Source of the DNA: a virus
Lineage: Duplodnaviria; Caudoviricetes
DNA length: 24,057 nt
Reading direction: 5' to 3' (one strand)
IMG/VR virus record: IMGVR_UViG_3300032731_000305
Span: 1 to 24,057 of that record
Shown piece by piece: positions 23,119-24,057 of this stretch. The notes under the pieces are model-generated. The model saw only the letters and a list, made by a program, of their open reading frames with translations, did no database searches and had not been told where the DNA came from. The stretch's first letter is position 1, and each line of letters starts with the position of its first letter. The position numbers and the translations under genes were made by a program.

Positions 23119-23686
23119 ATCCTACTTTAGATAATTTCTTAAATATGGGTATAATCTTTTTATTATATCTTTTTTTGATTGTATCCCAACAAAACCTATG
23201 TATTACTATTTGTCCGATTATTACCCATTCTCTTGAAGTGAATGTTTCTAATTTTTGTCGTTTAATCAATTCAAAACAAATGTCGTGGGACATATAGTAA
23301 TTTTTAGCACCCACAAGGTTAACACTCACAAGGTCAGCACCCATAAGGTTAGCACCCCTAAGGTCAGCACCCACAAGGTTAGCACTCCCAAGGTTAGCAC
23401 TCACAAGGTTAGCACTCCCAAGGTTAGCACCCATAAGGTTAGCACCCCAAAGGTCAGCACCCATAAGGTTAGCACCCCAAAGGTCAGCACCCACAAGGTT
23501 AGCACTCCCAAGGTTAGCACTCACAAGGTTAGCACTCCCAAGGTTAGCACCCACAAGGTTAGTACTCCAAAGGTCAGCACCCATAAGGTTAGCATCCCTA
23601 TTTTTTTCTAAACAATCTTTAATACTTTCATATTCACCACATAAAAGAATTTTATTATCCCAACGATTTTTGATTTCTATTTTCAT
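23072..23686 (-). CDS. Pentapeptide-repeat protein
   Basis: 19 A(N/D)Lxx repeats after an MKIEIKNRW N-terminus; AAGGAG RBS. Confidence 0.92.
   Translation of the reverse strand: MKIEIKNRWDNKILLCGEYESIKDCLEKNRDANLMGADLWSTNLVGANLGSANLVSANLGSANLVGADLWGANLMGADLWGANLMGANLGSANLVSANLGSANLVGADLRGANLMGADLVSVNLVGAKNYYMSHDICFELIKRQKLETFTSREWVIIGQIVIHRFCWDTIKKRYNKKIIPIFKKLSKVGFDEYEKYYKSKDKKL
23304..23598. repeat. 15-bp tandem repeat encoding pentapeptides, with a 120-bp higher-order duplication
   Basis: Unit approx. aaggt(t/c)agcac(c/t)cnn; 23341-23400 and 23461-23520 differ at one base. Confidence 0.92.
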
Positions 23687-23724
23687 CTCTCACTCTCCTT
23701 CTTTTAAAAGTTTAAAGTTATTTC

Positions 23725-23925
23725 TCACGGCAATAACCCCTTTCTTCCTATTACGTCTAGGTCATAATAGTGTTCATCATTTGTATCATAGTTTATGTTT
23801 TCTACGGTTTCAGAACTACCAACCAGTTTTCCTTTTTCATCATAGTAATAAGTCCAATAAGCATATGCGTTTGGAACCAACAACATCAATGCTAATAAAA
23901 TTATAATTATCTTCTTTATTTCCAT
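23725..23925 (-). CDS. Small secreted protein
   Basis: KK + IIIILLALMLLV + PNAYA signal peptide; YYYDEKGKLVG motif. Confidence 0.65.
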   Translation of the reverse strand: MEIKKIIIILLALMLLVPNAYAYWTYYYDEKGKLVGSSETVENINYDTNDEHYYDLDVIGRKGLLP

Positions 23926-24057
23926 ATCTTTACTCTATTTTTCTTTTGACGAGCAATTTTCCAAAAAGCTGATTGCTCAATCTTCTCATACTCAGCCAAA
24001 GCTGATTGCCTAATCTTCTCATACTCAGCCAAAGCTGATTGCTCAATCTTCTCATAC
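23916..24057 (-). CDS. 3' end of an 11-aa-repeat helical protein (partial)
   Basis: Hand translation YEKIEQSALAE-YEKIRQSALAE-YEKIEQSAFWKIARQKKNRVKIWK-stop. Confidence 0.7.
   Translation of the reverse strand, partial: YEKIEQSALAEYEKIRQSALAEYEKIEQSAFWKIARQKKNRVKIWK
23965..24057. repeat. 33-bp tandem repeat (at least 2.8 copies)
   Basis: aaagctgattgctcaatcttctcatactcagcc at 23965, 23998 and 24031 (truncated by the window edge). Confidence 0.9.

Larger units (their letters stand above)
1..24057. mobile_element. Fragment of a tailed dsDNA bacteriophage genome (packaging/head module, control region, early/middle genes)
   Basis: TerL, portal, scaffold and major capsid in one co-oriented block; dense small ORFs with ATGA/TAATG overlaps; NinG, HNH and PD-(D/E)XK nuclease; no host housekeeping genes. 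Confidence 0.97.

Noticed and set aside
23255-23611. Plus-strand KVSTH/KVSTP repeat ORF
   Set aside because: Antisense reading of the pentapeptide repeat.
23304-24057. Tandem repeats as a CRISPR array
   Set aside because: Units are contiguous with no unique spacers, are multiples of 3 and encode in-frame peptide repeats; no cas operon is present.
1-24057. Alternative genetic code (stop-codon reassignment) or an integrated prophage boundary
   Set aside because: Long genes are intact in code 11 and TAA, TAG and TGA all end genes at sensible junctions; no host genes, integrase or att duplication are visible.

Overview
The whole 24 kb window is part of a tailed dsDNA phage (Caudoviricetes) genome in genetic code 11. 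No host genes or integrase are visible. The minus strand from about 12.7 kb to 1 carries a packaging and morphogenesis module: SAM methyltransferase, terminase large subunit, a DUF2280-like small terminase placed unusually after TerL, portal, scaffold, cement-like protein, Mu gpT-like major capsid protein, accessory virion genes, and a >528-aa VGIGT-repeat fibre-like protein that runs off the left edge. A ~0.9 kb non-coding control region (12662-13570) holds a XerC/D dif-like site, dyads and iteron-like repeats, followed by an HNH gene. A ~2 kb plus-strand island sits behind a near-consensus sigma70 promoter. From 24 kb to 16 kb the minus strand carries small early/middle genes: pentapeptide-repeat protein, PD-(D/E)XK nuclease, HTH protein, methyltransferase, NinG, a stand-alone TSCPD domain and a GT2 glycosyltransferase. 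The most notable observations are: (i) a GC-rich 29-bp quasi-palindrome, conserved at the DNA level, delimiting divergent modules of the fibre gene, which also starts with a signal peptide; (ii) a 109-nt intergenic element with a tRNA-Ala/tmRNA-type acceptor stem (G3:U70, ACCA) but no canonical cloverleaf; (iii) the dif-like site; (iv) a five-member small-gene family sharing DNA blocks in direct and inverted orientation around the glycosyltransferase. All functional calls come from reading motifs by eye; no searches were run.
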